Below are positions 1 through 11,786 of a DNA stretch of 64,000 bases, piece after piece. The stretch comes from Escherichia coli (GTDB taxonomy: Bacteria; Pseudomonadota; Gammaproteobacteria; Enterobacterales; Enterobacteriaceae). Every line of letters starts with the position of its first letter. The first letter of the stretch is position 1. The stretch lies in the NCBI RefSeq assembly GCF_003334315.1, contig NZ_QOWR01000013.1; one strand, written 5' to 3'. The position numbers and the translations under genes were made by a program. The notes beneath the pieces are model-generated. The model had not been told where the DNA came from and did not search any database. It saw nothing but the letters and a program-made list of their open reading frames with translations.

Positions 1-1370
1 GCTTATTCCAGGCCTTCCGACAGGCTGATGCCAGTATTTCCCGCCGTCATGGTGGCACCGGGCTGGGGCTGGTGATTACACAAAAACTGGTTAATGAAAT
101 GGGCGGCGATATTTCGTTCCATAGCCAGCCGAATCGCGGTTCAACTTTCTGGTTCCACATTAATCTCGATCTGAACCCGAACATTATTATCGAAGGGCCA
201 TCCACCCAGTGCCTCGCAGGTAAGCGCCTGGCCTATGTCGAACCAAACTCCGCAGCAGCGCAATGCACGCTGGATATTTTAAGTGAAACGCCGCTGGAAG
301 TGGTTTATAGCCCAACGTTCTCCGCGCTGCCTCCCGCGCATTACGACATGATGTTGTTAGGCATCGCGGTGACCTTCCGCGAGCCGCTAACAATGCAACA
401 TGAGCGATTAGCGAAAGCGGTATCGATGACCGATTTCCTGATGCTGGCACTTCCTTGCCATGCACAAGTCAATGCTGAAAAACTCAAGCAAGATGGTATC
501 GGCGCGTGTCTGCTGAAACCATTAACACCTACACGCCTGTTGCCTGCCCTGACGGAATTTTGTCATCACAAACAAAACACGCTTTTGCCTGTAACCGATG
601 AAAGTAAGCTGGCAATGACAGTCATGGCGGTTGATGACAACCCCGCTAACCTGAAACTTATCGGCGCATTGCTGGAAGATATGGTGCAACATGTGGAACT
701 TTGCGATAGCGGGCATCAGGCGGTTGAACGGGCGAAACAGATGCCGTTCGATTTGATCTTAATGGATATTCAAATGCCGGACATGGATGGCATTCGGGCC
801 TGCGAACTCATCCACCAACTCCCGCATCAGCAACAAACGCCGGTTATCGCGGTAACGGCGCATGCAATGGCCGGGCAAAAAGAGAAGCTGCTTGGCGCAG
901 GGATGAGCGATTATCTGGCGAAACCGATTGAAGAAGAGCGATTGCATAATTTGTTGTTGCGCTACAAGCCTGGCAGCGGTATTTCCTCTCGCGTCGTGAC
1001 GCCCGAAGTCAACGAAATTGTGGTGAACCCGAATGCGACCCTCGACTGGCAACTGGCACTACGCCAGGCAGCAGGAAAAACCGATTTAGCGCGCGATATG
1101 CTGCAAATGTTACTCGATTTCCTGCCTGAAGTTCGCAACAAAGTTGAGGAACAGCTGGTTGGAGAAAACCCGGAAGGCCTGGTTGATTTGATTCATAAAC
1201 TGCATGGCAGTTGCGGCTATAGCGGTGTGCCACGTATGAAGAATCTCTGCCAACTGATCGAACAACAGCTACGTAGCGGTACTAAAGAAGAAGATTTGGA
1301 ACCGGAGCTGCTGGAACTGTTGGACGAGATGGATAATGTCGCGCGCGAAGCCAGCAAAATTCTCGGGTAA
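1..1370 (+). CDS. barA: Hybrid sensor histidine kinase BarA, 3' portion (end of HATPase, receiver and Hpt domains); 5' end lies upstream of the window
   Basis: Frame open from window edge to stop at 1368-1370; translation contains HATPase G-box ([13 protein letters not shown]), receiver motif ([13 protein letters not shown]) and C-terminal Hpt region ([12 protein letters not shown]); recognised from memory as BarA C-terminus. Confidence 0.93.
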
Positions 1371-1443
1371 TGGATGTCTTGTCGAGTAGCAATCGGCTTT
1401 TTATGACGCTGGTTTCAGATTGGTGACAAAGTGCCTGTGTTTA

Positions 1444-1542
1444 TGCCGGATGCGGCGTTAACGCCTTATCCGGCATACAAAACCAATTAAATTCAATAAA
1501 TTAAAAAGCATGTAGGCCTGATAAGCGTAGCGCATCAGGCAA
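1444..1542. repeat. Two REP-like palindromic units (GCCGGATGCGGCG...CGCCTTATCCGGC and GCCTGATAAGCG...CGCATCAGGC)
   Basis: Imperfect GC-rich palindromes of the REP type read directly in the barA-gudD intergenic region. Confidence 0.7.
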
Positions 1543-1565
1543 TTTTGTGTTTGGCATCAGTCTCA

Positions 1566-1598
1566 AACCGGCTCCTGACAGAGCCGGTTTTGGTTTTC
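1566..1598 (+). terminator. Rho-independent terminator downstream of barA
   Basis: 10-bp stem AAACCGGCTC / GAGCCGGTTT with 6-nt loop followed by TTTTGGTTTTC. Confidence 0.75.
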
Positions 1599-1602
1599 TG
1601 TC

Positions 1603-2943
1603 TTAACGCACCATGCACGGGCGCTTGTTATCGAACGTCCAGCCAGGAATCAGATACTGCATTCCCATCGCATCGTCACGCGCGCCAAGCCCGTGTTTCT
1701 GATACAGCTCATGGGCTTTCATCACTTGATCCATATCGATTTCTACACCCAGCCCCGGTTTTTCTGGCACCTGTACCAGCCCGCCTTTGATCTCAAACGG
1801 TTCTTTGGTCAGGCGCTGATTACCTTCCTGCCAGATCCAGTGCGTATCAATAGCAGTAATTTTACCCGGTGCAGCGGCGGCAACATGGGTAAACATCGCC
1901 AGGGAAATATCGAAGTGGTTGTTAGAGTGTGAACCCCAGGTCAGGCCAAATTCATGGCACATTTGCGCCACACGTACCGAACCTTGCATTGTCCAGAAAT
2001 GCGGATCCGCCAGCGGGATATCAACGGATTGCAGGGAGAGCGTATGGCCCATTTGCCGCCAGTCGGTGGCGATCATATTGGTTGCAGTCGGTAGACCTGT
2101 CGCGCGACGGAACTCTGCCATCACTTCACGCCCGGAGAAACCTTGCTCCGCACCACACGGATCTTCTGCATAAGCCAGCGAACCTTTCAGGTATTTACCG
2201 ATTTTAATCGCTTCGTTCAGCGACCAGGCACCGTTAGGATCGAGCGTAATACGCGCCTGCGGGAAGCGTTGCGCCAGTGCCACAATAGACTCGGCCTCTT
2301 CTTCCCCGGCCAGTACACCGCCCTTCAGTTTGAAATCGTTGAAGCCATATTTTTCATATGCCGCTTCCGCCAGGCGCACCACCGCATCCGGCGTCATCGC
2401 TTCTTCATGACGCAGGCGATACCAGTCGCATGAGTCATCCGGCTGGCTTTGATACGGCAGCGGCGTGGCTTTGCGATTACCGACGAAGAACAGATAACCG
2501 AGCATTTCGACTTCGCTACGCTGTTGACCATCGCCCAGCAGCGATGCCACGTTTACCCCCAGATGCTGCCCCAGCAGATCCAGCATTGCCGCTTCTATCC
2601 CGGTAACTACATGAATAGTGGTACGTAGGTCAAATGTCTGCAAACCGCGCCCACCAGCATCACGATCGGCAAAAGTATTACGCACCAGCGTCAGAACGTT
2701 TTTGTATTCACCCAGCGTTTTACCTACCACCAGCGGAATCGCATCTTCCAGCGTTTTACGGATTTTCTCGCCGCCGGGAATTTCCCCTACGCCAGTGTGA
2801 CCAGAATTATCTTTGATAATCACAATATTACGCGTAAAGAACGGTGCGTGTGCACCACTCAGATTCATCAGCATACTGTCATGACCCGCCACCGGGATAA
2901 CCTGCATTTCAGTAACAACAGGCGTCGTAAATTGAGAACTCAT
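1603..2943 (-). CDS. gudD: Glucarate dehydratase (enolase superfamily), 446 aa
   Basis: ORF 1603..2967; start moved to [22 protein letters not shown] (ATG 2941-2943, AAGGAC RBS); recognised from memory. Confidence 0.95.
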   Translation of the reverse strand: MSSQFTTPVVTEMQVIPVAGHDSMLMNLSGAHAPFFTRNIVIIKDNSGHTGVGEIPGGEKIRKTLEDAIPLVVGKTLGEYKNVLTLVRNTFADRDAGGRGLQTFDLRTTIHVVTGIEAAMLDLLGQHLGVNVASLLGDGQQRSEVEMLGYLFFVGNRKATPLPYQSQPDDSCDWYRLRHEEAMTPDAVVRLAEAAYEKYGFNDFKLKGGVLAGEEEAESIVALAQRFPQARITLDPNGAWSLNEAIKIGKYLKGSLAYAEDPCGAEQGFSGREVMAEFRRATGLPTATNMIATDWRQMGHTLSLQSVDIPLADPHFWTMQGSVRVAQMCHEFGLTWGSHSNNHFDISLAMFTHVAAAAPGKITAIDTHWIWQEGNQRLTKEPFEIKGGLVQVPEKPGLGVEIDMDQVMKAHELYQKHGLGARDDAMGMQYLIPGWTFDNKRPCMVR

Positions 2944-2963
2944 ATTTATGTCCTTTTTCAGAA

Positions 2964-4304
2964 TCAATGACGGCCGAAAACGGGACGTTTACGGTCAAAG
3001 GTCCAGCCGGGGATCAGGTACTGCATCGGACCTGCGTCGTTACGCGCACCGCCAGGCAGACGTTTATAGGCCTCATGTGCCTTTTGTACCTGTTCCCAGT
3101 CCAGTTCCACGCCCAGACCGGGCGCATCAGGAACGGCAATTTTTCCGTTTTTAATCTCCAGCGGATTTTGGGTCAGGCGACAATCGCCCTCCTGCCAAAT
3201 CCAGTGGGTATCGATAGCGGTAGGATTACCCGGTGCCGCCGCGCCCACATGGGTAAACATCGCCAGAGAGATATCGAAATGGTTATTAGAATGGCAGCCC
3301 CAGGTCAGCCCCCAGTCGTCGCAAAGCTGCGCCACACGGACTGCACCGGAAAGCGTCCAGAAGTGCGGATCGGCAAGTGGAATATCTACCGCATTGAGCA
3401 TCACCGCATGACCCATTTCGCGCCAGTTGGTGGCGATCATGTTAGTCGCGACGGGCAAGCCGGTCGCCCGTCGAAATTCCGCCATCACTTCACGTCCGGA
3501 GAAGCCCTGTTCTGCGCCGCATGGATCTTCGGCATAGGTAAGAACATCATTCAGCCCTTTGCATAAAGAAATGGCTTCATCAAGCAGCCATGCACCGTTG
3601 GGATCAACGGTAATCCGCGCATCCGGGAAGCGTTTCTTCAATGCACGAACAGTGTCGATTTCTTGCTCGCCAGGTAACACGCCGCCCTTAAGTTTGAAAT
3701 CTTTAAAGCCGTAGCGATCCTGTGAGGCTTCCGCCAGACGCACAACGGCTTCGCTGTTCATTGCTTTCTGATGCCGCAACTGATACCACTCATGGTTGCC
3801 CGGCGTATTTTCCACATAAGGAAGATCGGTTTTGGTCCGATCACCGATATAAAACAGATAACCGAGGACGGTAATAGCCTCGCGTTGCTTGCCTGGCCCT
3901 AACAGTTCGCAGACCGGAACATTCAGCGCCTTACCTAGCAGGTCAAGCAAAGCGGCTTCCAGCGCCGCCACGGCGTTAACGCGTAATTCAAAGGTCCAGG
4001 CACCTTTACCGAAGGTATCAAAATCGGCGGCCTGATTACCTTTATGCACCTGCTGGACCACTTTATTCAGTCGCGCAACTTCCTGGCCCAGAACCATCGG
4101 AATAGCATCGACAAGCGTCTGATAAATCACATCTCCGCCCGGCGCTTCACCAATGCCGGTATGCCCGGCGTTATCGGTGAGTACCACAATATTGCGGGTG
4201 AAATATGCGTTATGTGCCCCACCAATATTAAGCAACATGCTGTCATGCCCGGCCACCGGAATGACTTTCATATCAGTAATAACAGGACTGGATTGTGTCG
4301 CCAT
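2964..4304 (-). CDS. gudX: Glucarate dehydratase-related protein, paralog of GudD, 446 aa
   Basis: ORF 2964..4319; start at [21 protein letters not shown]; high similarity to the adjacent gudD product along the whole length. Confidence 0.93.
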   Translation of the reverse strand: MATQSSPVITDMKVIPVAGHDSMLLNIGGAHNAYFTRNIVVLTDNAGHTGIGEAPGGDVIYQTLVDAIPMVLGQEVARLNKVVQQVHKGNQAADFDTFGKGAWTFELRVNAVAALEAALLDLLGKALNVPVCELLGPGKQREAITVLGYLFYIGDRTKTDLPYVENTPGNHEWYQLRHQKAMNSEAVVRLAEASQDRYGFKDFKLKGGVLPGEQEIDTVRALKKRFPDARITVDPNGAWLLDEAISLCKGLNDVLTYAEDPCGAEQGFSGREVMAEFRRATGLPVATNMIATNWREMGHAVMLNAVDIPLADPHFWTLSGAVRVAQLCDDWGLTWGCHSNNHFDISLAMFTHVGAAAPGNPTAIDTHWIWQEGDCRLTQNPLEIKNGKIAVPDAPGLGVELDWEQVQKAHEAYKRLPGGARNDAGPMQYLIPGWTFDRKRPVFGRH

Positions 4305-4305
4305 C

Positions 4306-5658
4306 TTATTGCCCCGCAACAGGTTTCAACTCGATACGCTTGATATCGCCCACCAGCACCAGGTAGCTCAGTACCGCGATTAAGGCATGAACACCAACAT
4401 AAATCAGCGCCCCATTAAACGAGCCAGTCGTGCCAACGATATAACCAATTGCGATTGGCGTGACGATGCCAGAAATGTTACCGAACATGTTGAACAGGCC
4501 ACCGGAAAGACCGCTGATCTCTTTTGGCGCGGTATCTGCCATTACTGCCCAACCCAGCGCCCCGATGCCCTTACCGAAGAAGGCCAGCGCCATAAAGCCG
4601 ATGATCATCCACTCAACGTTGACGTAGTTGCAGAACACCATCACCATCGACAGCAACATGCCCATTACGATCGGTGTTTTACGCGCAATGTTCAGCGATC
4701 CCGTGCGGCGCATCAGCCAGTCGGAAATAATCCCACCCAGCACACCGCCGATAAAACCGCAAACCGCCGGAACGGAAGCCACAAAGCCCGCTTTCAGAAT
4801 CGACATCCCGCGTGCCTGCACCAGATAAACCGGGAACCAGGTAATAAAGAAGTAAGTCAGGGCGTTGATACAGTACTGACCGATATAAACGCCGATCATC
4901 ATCCGTGCCCCTAGCAGCTGTTTGATCTGCCCCCACTTCACGCTGAACGGCACTTTAACTTTGGTGTTTTGCTGATCCATATTGATCAGCGCACCACCCG
5001 CGGCGATGTACTCCAGCTCTTTCTTATTTACCCCCGGATGTTGATTTGGCTCGTGGATGACTTTCAACCAGATAAAGCTGATGACAATCCCCAGACCGCC
5101 CATAAAGAAGAAGACGTGTGACCAGCCCACTTCATGCGTCAGCCAGCCCATAATCGGCGCGAAGATCACCGTTGCGAAGTATTGAGCGGAGTTAAAAATC
5201 GACACCGCCGTTCCCCTTTCCTGCGCCGGAAACCAGGCCGCAACAATGCGACTGTTGCCGGGGAAAGATGGCGCTTCAGCAAGCCCGACCAGGAAGCGCA
5301 GCGTAAACAGGGCAACGATAATGCCGAATCCACTAAAGATATCGACGAAGCCTTGCAGCAAGGTAAACATCGACCAGATAAAGATCGACCAGAAGTAGAC
5401 GCGTTTTGAACCAAAACGGTCCAGCAACCAGCCACCAGGGATCTGCCCGATAACATAAGCCCATGAGAAAGCAGAGAACACATAGCCCATTCCCACGGGA
5501 TCAAGGCCGATATCTTTGGCCATTTCCGAACCGGCGATAGAGAGCGTAGCGCGGTCGCCGTAGTTGAAGGATGTGACGATAAACAACATCACCACTATCC
5601 AGTAACGAGCATTTGTGCGTTTTTCCACACTGCTCGCAGCCTGACTTAAAGAACTCAT
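4306..5658 (-). CDS. gudP: MFS glucarate/galactarate:H+ transporter, 450 aa
   Basis: 450-aa ORF rich in hydrophobic helices, MFS-like; head of the gudP-gudX-gudD arrangement. Confidence 0.92.
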   Translation of the reverse strand: MSSLSQAASSVEKRTNARYWIVVMLFIVTSFNYGDRATLSIAGSEMAKDIGLDPVGMGYVFSAFSWAYVIGQIPGGWLLDRFGSKRVYFWSIFIWSMFTLLQGFVDIFSGFGIIVALFTLRFLVGLAEAPSFPGNSRIVAAWFPAQERGTAVSIFNSAQYFATVIFAPIMGWLTHEVGWSHVFFFMGGLGIVISFIWLKVIHEPNQHPGVNKKELEYIAAGGALINMDQQNTKVKVPFSVKWGQIKQLLGARMMIGVYIGQYCINALTYFFITWFPVYLVQARGMSILKAGFVASVPAVCGFIGGVLGGIISDWLMRRTGSLNIARKTPIVMGMLLSMVMVFCNYVNVEWMIIGFMALAFFGKGIGALGWAVMADTAPKEISGLSGGLFNMFGNISGIVTPIAIGYIVGTTGSFNGALIYVGVHALIAVLSYLVLVGDIKRIELKPVAGQ

Positions 5659-6092
5659 TGTTGCACTCCTGAAAATTCGCGTTAGCCACGCTCACTCTGG
5701 ACTGCGACATCGCCAGGAAATCAGAGGTGACGTAGGGTGTTTTTTGCCGTTTTTATAGGTCGTTCGCCGAATACGGCGCGTGTTTATATCTGGCAATAGC
5801 AGTATAAAAAGCGCGCCATAGCGGCTCACCGTGCAACAACACAACATTAATGCGTTCAATGAGGCCCGATTTTGGCATTAGCCCTGGACGGTGGAATCCA
5901 CTTCACGGAAATGAAAACAAGAACAAGAAAGGAAGGGTTAAAACGAAGAAATAAAGAAGAGTATGAAATGGATCGCTTGACTCCAGGCAAACGCCAGTAA
6001 AAATCCGCGCTATGAAGCAGTTTTTACTGGCATTTGCCTGAAAAGATTCGATTCAGCACCGCTAAAACGACATTTACCGCTCGCTGAACATA

Positions 6093-6542
6093 TCAGGACA
6101 ACAGCGTGCCCCACTGTTCGACCCACGGATTTGATTCCGTTTCCGGTTCCGGGTTCTCACTGGCGTCAATCAACAGCATTTCGCCAACCCGCTGAGCGCT
6201 CTGTTCCTGCAACAAGGCATCGAACTGTTTGCCGCCATTGCAGAAATTCACATAACTACTGTCGCCGAGCGCAATCACGCCATAACGCAGATTCGGCTGG
6301 AAGCCCAGACTATCTTTGATTCCCTGAAAGAGTGGCACAATGCTATCAGGAAGGTCGCCCTGCCCGGTCGTGGACGTAACCACCAGAACATACTTATCCT
6401 GATAGGGCAGCCAGTCGCTTAATTCAGGATCTTCAAATACCGTTGCTTTGTGGCCCTGCGCGGTCAGAATCGCTTCCGCTTCTTCGGCCACTAACAGTGA
6501 ATTCCCGTACATGGTGCCGACAAAAATACCAATTTCCGCCAT
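6093..6542 (-). CDS. yqcA: Flavodoxin-like protein, 149 aa
   Basis: ORF with flavodoxin N-terminal motif [15 protein letters not shown]. Confidence 0.9.
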
Positions 6543-6559
6543 ACCGTTTTCTCCCTGGA

Positions 6560-7342
6560 TTAGGAACTTATCTCTCCATCCTGACCCGATGGCGCACTGA
6601 ACTCAACCCTTTCATTTTCAGGAAGCAGACCGCGCCAGCCAAATTGTGATAACGCCTGCATCCAGGTGTCGTCCAGGCCCGCGTGAATAGTCAGCGGCTC
6701 GCCAGTAAAAGGATGCGTCAATGACAACTGACTGGCATGTAGCATTAACCGCTGGAGGCCAAAATGCTCAGCACCGCTGCGATTCTGGCGTAAATCGCCA
6801 TGTTTGCTATCGCCAATAATCGGATGACGCAAATGGGCAAGATGTCGGCGAAGCTGATGTTTGCGTCCGGTTTTCGGCTCCAGTTCCACCAGGCCGTAGC
6901 GCGTGGTCGGGTAACGTCCGGTCGCTACCGGCATTTCTACGGTCGCCAGACCGCGATAATGCGTCACTGCTGGCTGCGGGCCTTTATCTTCGCGGGCAAA
7001 TTTATCAGCGATTTTGTCCAGTTCTTCCACCAGTGGATAATCCAGCACCGCTTCTTCCATCAACCAGCCGCGCACAATCGCATGGTAACGTTTCTGGATT
7101 TGGTGCTGTTCAAACTGTTGTGCCAGCAGCCGTCCGGCCTCGCTGGATAATCCCATCAACAACACACCAGAAGTGGGTCGGTCCAGACGATGAGCAGTAA
7201 AAACATGCTGGCCTATCTGGTCACGCACGGTTTGCATGACCACTACTTTCTCGTCGCGATCCAGCCAGCTGCGGTGAACCAGCCAGCCGGAGGGTTTATT
7301 TACCGCAACCAGCCATTCATCCTGATAGAGTATTTCCAGCAT
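6560..7342 (-). CDS. truC: tRNA pseudouridine(65) synthase TruC, 260 aa
   Basis: ORF with RluA-family catalytic motif ([12 protein letters not shown]). Confidence 0.92.
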
Positions 7343-7671
7343 TAGCTCGCATCATCCGCAAAAAGAGCATCCAGTTTTTCCAGCTCAGCCAGAATAAGCG
7401 CGCGTTGCGGATGGTCCGTCGCCAGCGCCATTTCATAATAGGGTGCAACGGCAAAAGCGCCCGGTAACGGCTGTTTGTTATCTAACAAATCGTGCATTCG
7501 CGGGATCAGCACCCACTGCAACCACTCCAGTGGTTCCATGGTGTCCATAAAGAACGGTTGGGTACTATTAAATTGATGCGGCTGGGGTTCATCGTTTCGC
7601 CAGTGCTGATGTTCACGCAGTAACGCTTCAAGCGCCTGCAACTGGAGACGAACGCGGTCATGAGTGGTCAT
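7342..7671 (-). CDS. yqcC: DUF446 family protein YqcC, 109 aa
   Basis: 109-aa ORF whose stop region overlaps the truC start by 1 nt; recognised from memory. Confidence 0.88.
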   Translation of the reverse strand: MTTHDRVRLQLQALEALLREHQHWRNDEPQPHQFNSTQPFFMDTMEPLEWLQWVLIPRMHDLLDNKQPLPGAFAVAPYYEMALATDHPQRALILAELEKLDALFADDAS

Positions 7672-7716
7672 AAAGCAACCTCAATAAGAAAAACTGCCGC
7701 GAAGGATAGCAGGAAT

Positions 7717-8082
7717 AAAAAAAGGGAGCACTGTATTCACAGCGCTCCCGGTTCGTTTCGCAGCATTCCAGCTACTTTTGTTGCTCCCTGCTCATCCTTG
7801 ACAACTTTTCCTCTGGCCTTGCGGCCAATCGTTCATCCTGAACTATTGCTTCCTGCTCACACCACCCCGATGTGATACTTCATCCTGAAGTGTCCCTGGC
7901 CTTCCTGACCCACCGAATCATCCTGACCGGTTCTCATTCTCCATCCTGGAGGTGTCCTTTAACGCGTCCTGCGTCATCCTCTTCGCTTCATCCAGAAGCC
8001 TTTCCCTGAAACACCATCCTGGTGTGTCCTGCAGAAGTGTCATCATCCTGATGTTCACTTCGTTGTCTGACTCCCTGTCGAC
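7717..8082 (-). ncRNA. csrB: CsrB small RNA (CsrA-sequestering decoy RNA)
   Basis: Minus-strand transcript begins GTCGACAGGGAGTCAGACAACGAAGTGAAC (plus strand 8053-8082); at least 9 CATCC motifs on the plus strand (AGGAUG / CAGGAUG on the RNA) plus many AGGA variants; ends with GC-rich hairpin 7724-7749 and U-run 7717-7723. Confidence 0.93.
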
Positions 8083-8255
8083 GAAGATAGAATCGTCTTT
8101 TTCGCGAAGTCTTACAAGGCGCTTACAGACAATGCCTTAAGGAAAATTTCATATGAAAGTTAAGAATTAACAATCAACATTTTGATTTTAAATGAAAATA
8201 ACGATTCTTATCTTTTTAAGTATTCGCTTATTTCCTGGCGATCTCCTACAGAGTC

Positions 8256-8273
8256 TGTAAGAGATCTCTCACA
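8256..8273. promoter_or_regulatory. Near-perfect 18-bp palindrome TGTAAGAGATCTCTCACA about 175-190 bp upstream of the csrB start; candidate UvrY (BarA/UvrY) response-regulator site
   Basis: Palindrome read directly; position and sequence match the UvrY-type inverted repeat I recall upstream of csrB. Confidence 0.6.
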
Positions 8274-8292
8274 ACCAGATGGGATATTTGGA

Positions 8293-8838
8293 TTACAGAA
8301 GAGGCTTAAGTTGATTAAGGAATTCCGCAAGATTTGAGGCTAAATGCGTCCGTTTACGTGTTCCCAGCGTCTCTTTGCACACTTCACCGGAGAGATTACA
8401 CACCGAGATGACCTCTAACTCTTCTTCCAGCGTCGCGATAAATAGTGTGGGCGGCAGTTTTAGCCTTTTCTGAGTCACCAGATGACCAATCAGATTTTCC
8501 TGCACCCGACGGAAGTCGTCTTCACTCCAGGTTTGCAGCAATGTCAGTTTGATATCGCCAAACTGCGCGTGCATATCCCCGGCAAACTGAGTCGTATAAA
8601 AGGTATGAATTGTGGGTTGTATCACAATATCAAAAGCGCGTTCAACCGCGTTTACATTTTGTTCCCCGGTAAACGGCTGGGGTTGCCAGTATACGGCATC
8701 TTCGGTAGTTGAAATAATGCACGGTGAAGGAACACCGTACAGTTCCTCACTTAACGGCCAGCTTTTATGCTCTTCATGCCACGCATCGCAGTAGCGTGCA
8801 GTAAAATCTTTCAGGGCTTGTGCGGTCAAATCGTCCAC
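8293..8838 (-). CDS. syd: SecY-interacting protein Syd, 181 aa
   Basis: 181-aa ORF recognised from memory. Confidence 0.9.
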
Positions 8839-8905
8839 TAATTTCTCTCTTCACTTAAACCAGATACACTTGTCGTTTAGTTTATCTGGTTTATGACGGT
8901 GAAAC

Positions 8906-9754
8906 ATGTCTTCTTATGCAAACCATCAGGCACTTGCGGGCCTGACTCTTGGAAAATCAACCGATTACCGGGATACCTATGACGCCAGCCTACTGCAAGG
9001 CGTTCCACGCAGCCTGAATCGCGACCCGCTGGGTCTGAAAGCGGATAACCTGCCTTTTCACGGTACGGATATCTGGACGCTGTATGAACTTTCCTGGCTG
9101 AATGCGAAAGGTTTGCCGCAGGTCGCTGTCGGTCATGTTGAACTTGATTACACCAGCGTAAATCTGATTGAGTCGAAGAGTTTTAAGCTCTATCTCAACA
9201 GTTTTAACCAGACGCGTTTTAATAACTGGGATGAGGTGCGCCAGACGCTGGAGCGCGACTTAAGCACTTGCGCTCAGGGTAAGATTAGCGTGGCGTTATA
9301 TCGTCTTGATGAACTGGAAGGCCAGCCGATAGGTCATTTTAATGGCACTTGCATTGATGACCAGGATATCACTATCGATAACTATGAATTCACTACTGAC
9401 TATCTGGAGAATGCCACCTGTGGTGAAAAAGTAGTGGAAGAGACGCTTGTCAGCCACCTGCTGAAATCAAACTGCCTGATCACCCATCAACCAGATTGGG
9501 GTTCGATCCAAATTCAGTATCGTGGACGCCAAATTGACAGAGAAAAACTGCTGCGTTACCTGGTCTCATTCCGTCATCACAACGAGTTCCACGAACAGTG
9601 CGTGGAACGCATCTTTAATGACCTGTTACGCTTCTGCCAGCCAGAAAAATTGAGCGTTTACGCACGTTATACCCGTCGTGGCGGTCTGGACATTAACCCG
9701 TGGCGCAGTAATAGCGATTTTGTCCCATCGACCACAAGACTGGTTCGGCAATAA
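8906..9754 (+). CDS. queF: NADPH-dependent 7-cyano-7-deazaguanine (preQ0) reductase QueF, 282 aa
   Basis: 282-aa ORF of two-domain QueF type; recognised from memory. Confidence 0.92.
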   Translation: MSSYANHQALAGLTLGKSTDYRDTYDASLLQGVPRSLNRDPLGLKADNLPFHGTDIWTLYELSWLNAKGLPQVAVGHVELDYTSVNLIESKSFKLYLNSFNQTRFNNWDEVRQTLERDLSTCAQGKISVALYRLDELEGQPIGHFNGTCIDDQDITIDNYEFTTDYLENATCGEKVVEETLVSHLLKSNCLITHQPDWGSIQIQYRGRQIDREKLLRYLVSFRHHNEFHEQCVERIFNDLLRFCQPEKLSVYARYTRRGGLDINPWRSNSDFVPSTTRLVRQ

Positions 9755-9865
9755 ATTTTTTCTCAATTTTGCGTGCTGGATTCACGCAGAAGGTTGTGAA
9801 AGGTCATCAGGCAGGGCTATTGTAATCAAAGGGAATGACGATATTCGTCCCATAAGGAGTTTTTC

Positions 9866-11230
9866 TTGATTACACATATTAGCCCGCTTGGCTCCATGGA
9901 TATGTTGTCGCAGCTGGAAGTGGATATGCTTAAACGCACCGCCAGCAGCGACCTCTATCAACTGTTTCGCAACTGTTCACTTGCCGTACTGAACTCCGGT
10001 AGTTTGACCGATAACAGCAAAGAATTGCTGTCTCGTTTTGAAAATTTCGATATTAACGTCTTGCGCCGTGAACGCGGCGTAAAGCTGGAACTGATTAATC
10101 CCCCGGAAGAGGCTTTTGTCGATGGGCGAATTATTCGCGCTTTGCAGGCCAACTTGTTCGCGGTCCTGCGTGACATTCTCTTCGTTTACGGGCAAATCCA
10201 TAACACCGTTCGTTTTCCCAACCTGAATCTCGACAACTCCGTCCACATCACTAACCTGGTCTTTTCCATCTTGCGTAACGCTCGCGCGCTGCATGTGGGT
10301 GAAGCGCCAAATATGGTGGTCTGCTGGGGCGGTCACTCAATTAACGAAAACGAGTATTTGTATGCCCGTCGCGTCGGAAACCAGCTGGGCCTGCGTGAGC
10401 TGAATATCTGCACCGGCTGTGGTCCGGGAGCGATGGAAGCGCCGATGAAAGGTGCTGCGGTCGGACACGCGCAGCAGCGTTACAAAGACAGTCGTTTTAT
10501 TGGTATGACAGAGCCGTCGATTATCGCTGCTGAACCGCCTAACCCGCTGGTCAACGAATTGATCATCATGCCAGATATCGAAAAACGTCTGGAAGCGTTT
10601 GTCCGTATCGCTCACGGTATCATTATCTTCCCTGGCGGTGTGGGTACGGCAGAAGAGTTGCTCTATTTGCTGGGAATTTTAATGAACCCGGCCAACAAAG
10701 ATCAGGTTTTACCATTGATCCTCACCGGCCCGAAAGAGAGCGCCGACTACTTCCGCGTACTGGACGAGTTTGTCGTGCATACGCTGGGTGAAAACGCGCG
10801 CCGCCATTACCGCATCATCATTGATGACGCCGCTGAAGTCGCTCGTCAGATGAAAAAATCGATGCCGCTGGTGAAAGAAAATCGCCGTGATACAGGCGAT
10901 GCCTACAGCTTTAACTGGTCAATGCGCATTGCGCCAGATTTGCAAATGCCGTTTGAGCCGTCTCACGAGAATATGGCTAATCTGAAGCTTTACCCGGATC
11001 AACCTGTTGAAGTGCTGGCTGCCGACCTACGCCGTGCGTTCTCCGGTATTGTGGCGGGTAACGTAAAAGAAGTCGGTATTCGCGCCATTGAAGAGTTTGG
11101 TCCTTACAAAATCAACGGCGATAAAGAGATTATGCGTCGTATGGACGACCTGCTACAGGGTTTTGTTGCCCAGCATCGTATGAAGTTGCCAGGCTCAGCC
11201 TACATCCCTTGCTACGAAATCTGCACGTAA
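9866..11230 (+). CDS. ppnN: Nucleotide 5'-monophosphate nucleosidase PpnN (YgdH, LOG family), 454 aa
   Basis: ORF begins with TTG ([14 protein letters not shown]) preceded by AAGGAG RBS; recognised from memory. Confidence 0.9.
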
Positions 11231-11786
11231 TCTCCGCTCCCCCGGTGACGTTTGTTGCCGGGTTTTCTCGTTTTTGGTCACTTACTCATCAACTCATTTC
11301 ATTTGTTATATGAATGTTTCTTACCACCCTCACGCGACAAATATCATCACAGTTAATATGTCATACAATTTATGTTGCAACGCAAACGTTTCCCTATTTT
11401 CATAAACCGTATTTTATCGCTATGAAAAAGAAATTATCGCCATGATTAACTAAAAGTATTGATTTTTTCAGTTCAACCTACATATATTGCGCGCCCCGGA
11501 AGAAGTCAGATGTCGTTTAATGGGCAAATATTGCCCTTAAATTCTCTTTTACTTTTGATTTACAGAGTAAAGCGTTGGGATAATCTATCTTCCAAGTAGA
11601 TTATTGTATTTGAGATCAAGATCACTGATAGATACATAACTTGTGTGTATCTTTCCGCCCTCAAATTATTACGGCGGTAAATGATTAAGCCATCGCCGAT
11701 AGACAGATTTCATTTTTACGGTCAGGCACCTTCCCGGGCTGAACTGGCTAAAAGCTGAATTATTTGCATTCCTCCAGGAGAAATAG

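Noticed and set aside
2967-3566. 199-aa ORF on the plus strand
   Set aside because: Antisense overlap inside gudX; low-complexity translation and no RBS context; treated as spurious.
7717-8082. Short repeated motifs in csrB that could be mistaken for a CRISPR or tandem-repeat array
   Set aside because: Repeats are 5-7 nt AGGA/CAGGATG motifs at irregular spacing within a single sRNA, not 25-40 bp repeats separated by unique spacers; no cas genes are present.
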